Shown here: positions 62,556-64,000 of the stretch, piece after piece
Numbering within the stretch: the first letter of the stretch is position 1
Layout: every line of letters starts with the position of its first letter
Assembly (NCBI GenBank): GCA_965637545.1
Contig: OZ281496.1
Location: forward strand, 27,714,001 to 27,778,000
DNA length: 64,000 nt
Source: Phallusia mammillata
Taxonomy: Eukaryota
Direction: 5' to 3'
Made by a program: the position numbers and the translations under genes
Notes under the pieces: model-generated
Told to the model about the DNA's origin: nothing
Databases searched by the model: none
Seen by the model: only the letters and a program-made list of their open reading frames with translations

Positions 62556-64000
62556 TAATTTAATCAGCTTTGTTTTGTTTTAGTTTCAGAATTCATCATC
62601 ATCATCATCCAGCGGACACTTCCACTTTTGTGTGTTATTTGTTTGTCTATCGTTGCATGTCTTTTGTGTTTTATGTTTTGTTTATTCTGTTTTTAATCAG
62701 CTTTGTTTTAGTTTCAGAATTCATCATCATCATCCAGCGGACTCTTCCACTTTTGTGTGTTATTTGTTTGTTGTGTTTATCGTTCCGTAATTTTTGTGTT
62801 TTATGTTTTATTATTGTGTTTTATTGTAGTATAGAATAATTTAATCAGCTTTGTTTTAGTTTCAGAATTCATCAACATCCAGAGGACCTTCTTCGGTTTT
62901 TGTGTGTTATTTGTTTGTTTGTTCTTTCATCGCTGCGTGTTTTTTTATGTTTTTTTTTGTTGTGTTTTATCTAGTATTAGTATAGATTAATTTAATCAGC
63001 TTTGTTTTAGTTTCAGAATTCATCAACATCCAGAGGACCTTCTTCGGTTTTTGTGTGTTATTTGTTTGTTCTTTCATCGCTCCGTGTTTTTTATGTGTTT
63101 TTTTATTGTGTTTTATCTAGTATTAGTATAGATTAATTTAATCAGCTTTGTTTTAGTTTCAGAATTCATCAACATCCAGAGGACCTTCTTCGGTTTTTGT
63201 GTGTTATTTGTTTGTTCTTTCATCGCTCCGTGTTTTTTATGTGTTTTTTTATTGTGTTTTATCTAGTATTAGTATAGATTAATTTAATCAGCTTTGTTTT
63301 AGTTTTAGAATTCATCAACATCCAGAGGACCTTCTTCGGTTTTTGTGTGTTATTTGTTTGTTCTTTCATCGCTCCGTGTTTTTTATGTGTTTTTTTATTG
63401 TGTTTTATCTAGTATTAGTATAGATTAATTTAATCAGCTTTGTTTTAGTTTTAGAATTCATCAACATCCAGAGGACCTTCTTCGGTTTTTGTGTGTTATT
63501 TGTTTGTTTGTTCTTTCATCGCTGCGTGTTTGTTAATGTTTTTTTGTTGTGTTTTATCTAGTATTAGTATAGATTAATTTAATCAGCTTTGTTTTAGTTT
63601 CAGAATTCATCACATCCAGAGGACCTTCTTCGGTTTTTGTGTGTTATTTGTTTGTTCTTTCATCGTTGCGTGTTTTTTATGTGTTTTTTGTTGTGTTTTA
63701 TCTAGTATTAGTATAGATTAATTTAATCAGCTTTGTTTTAGTTTCAGAATTCATCAACATCCAGAGGACCTTCTTCGGTTTTTGTGTGTTATTTGTTTGT
63801 TTGTTCTTTCATCGCTGCGTGTTTGTTATGTTTTTTGTTGTGTTTTATCTAGTATTACTATAGACTAATTTAATCATCTTTGTTTTAGTTTTAGAATTCA
63901 TCAACATCCAGCGGACCTTCTTCGGTTTTTGTGTGTTATTTGTTTGTTTGTTCTTTCATCGCTGCGTGTTTGTTATGTTTTTTGTTGTGTTTTATCTAGT
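62556..64000. repeat. ~147-bp T-rich tandem satellite, 10 copies, continues past the right edge
   Basis: GAATTC once per unit at 62589, 62718, 62865, 63016, 63162, 63308, 63454, 63603, 63747, 63894 (spacing 129, then 144-151). Confidence 0.95.

Noticed and set aside
62556-64000. CRISPR array
   Set aside because: Whole units are near-identical with no unique spacers, there are no cas genes, and the context is eukaryotic.

Overview
AT-rich animal genomic DNA with short GT-AG introns. An invertebrate such as an ascidian is plausible, but the taxon cannot be determined from sequence. I found no rRNA, tRNA or CRISPR array. Positions 1-52.3 kb hold a dense minus-strand, head-to-tail cluster of about 10-12 gene units encoding small cell-surface or secreted EGF-repeat proteins, and it runs off the left edge. 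It is not one fibrillin-like gene: I could reconstruct separate signal-peptide exons, a cysteine-free N-terminal exon, phase-1 symmetric (Ca-binding) EGF exons and GPI-signal terminal exons with stop codons. There are three subfamilies: A/B/C (7 EGF), D/G/H/I/J (up to 10 EGF) and E/F (2 EGF plus a basic cleavage motif). The cluster shows active remodelling: chimeric genes, half-deleted exons, an orphan leader exon, a piggyBac-type insertion inside an exon, hAT MITEs present in only one paralog, and patchwork identity between duplicates. Positions 52.9-62.5 kb are a degenerate tandem array of a 1.5-1.9 kb unit with conserved plus-strand splice signals and hairpins but no conserved reading frame. 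It is followed by a ~147-bp satellite to the window end. All exon models were read by hand and need transcript confirmation. Gene letters A-J are my own labels.
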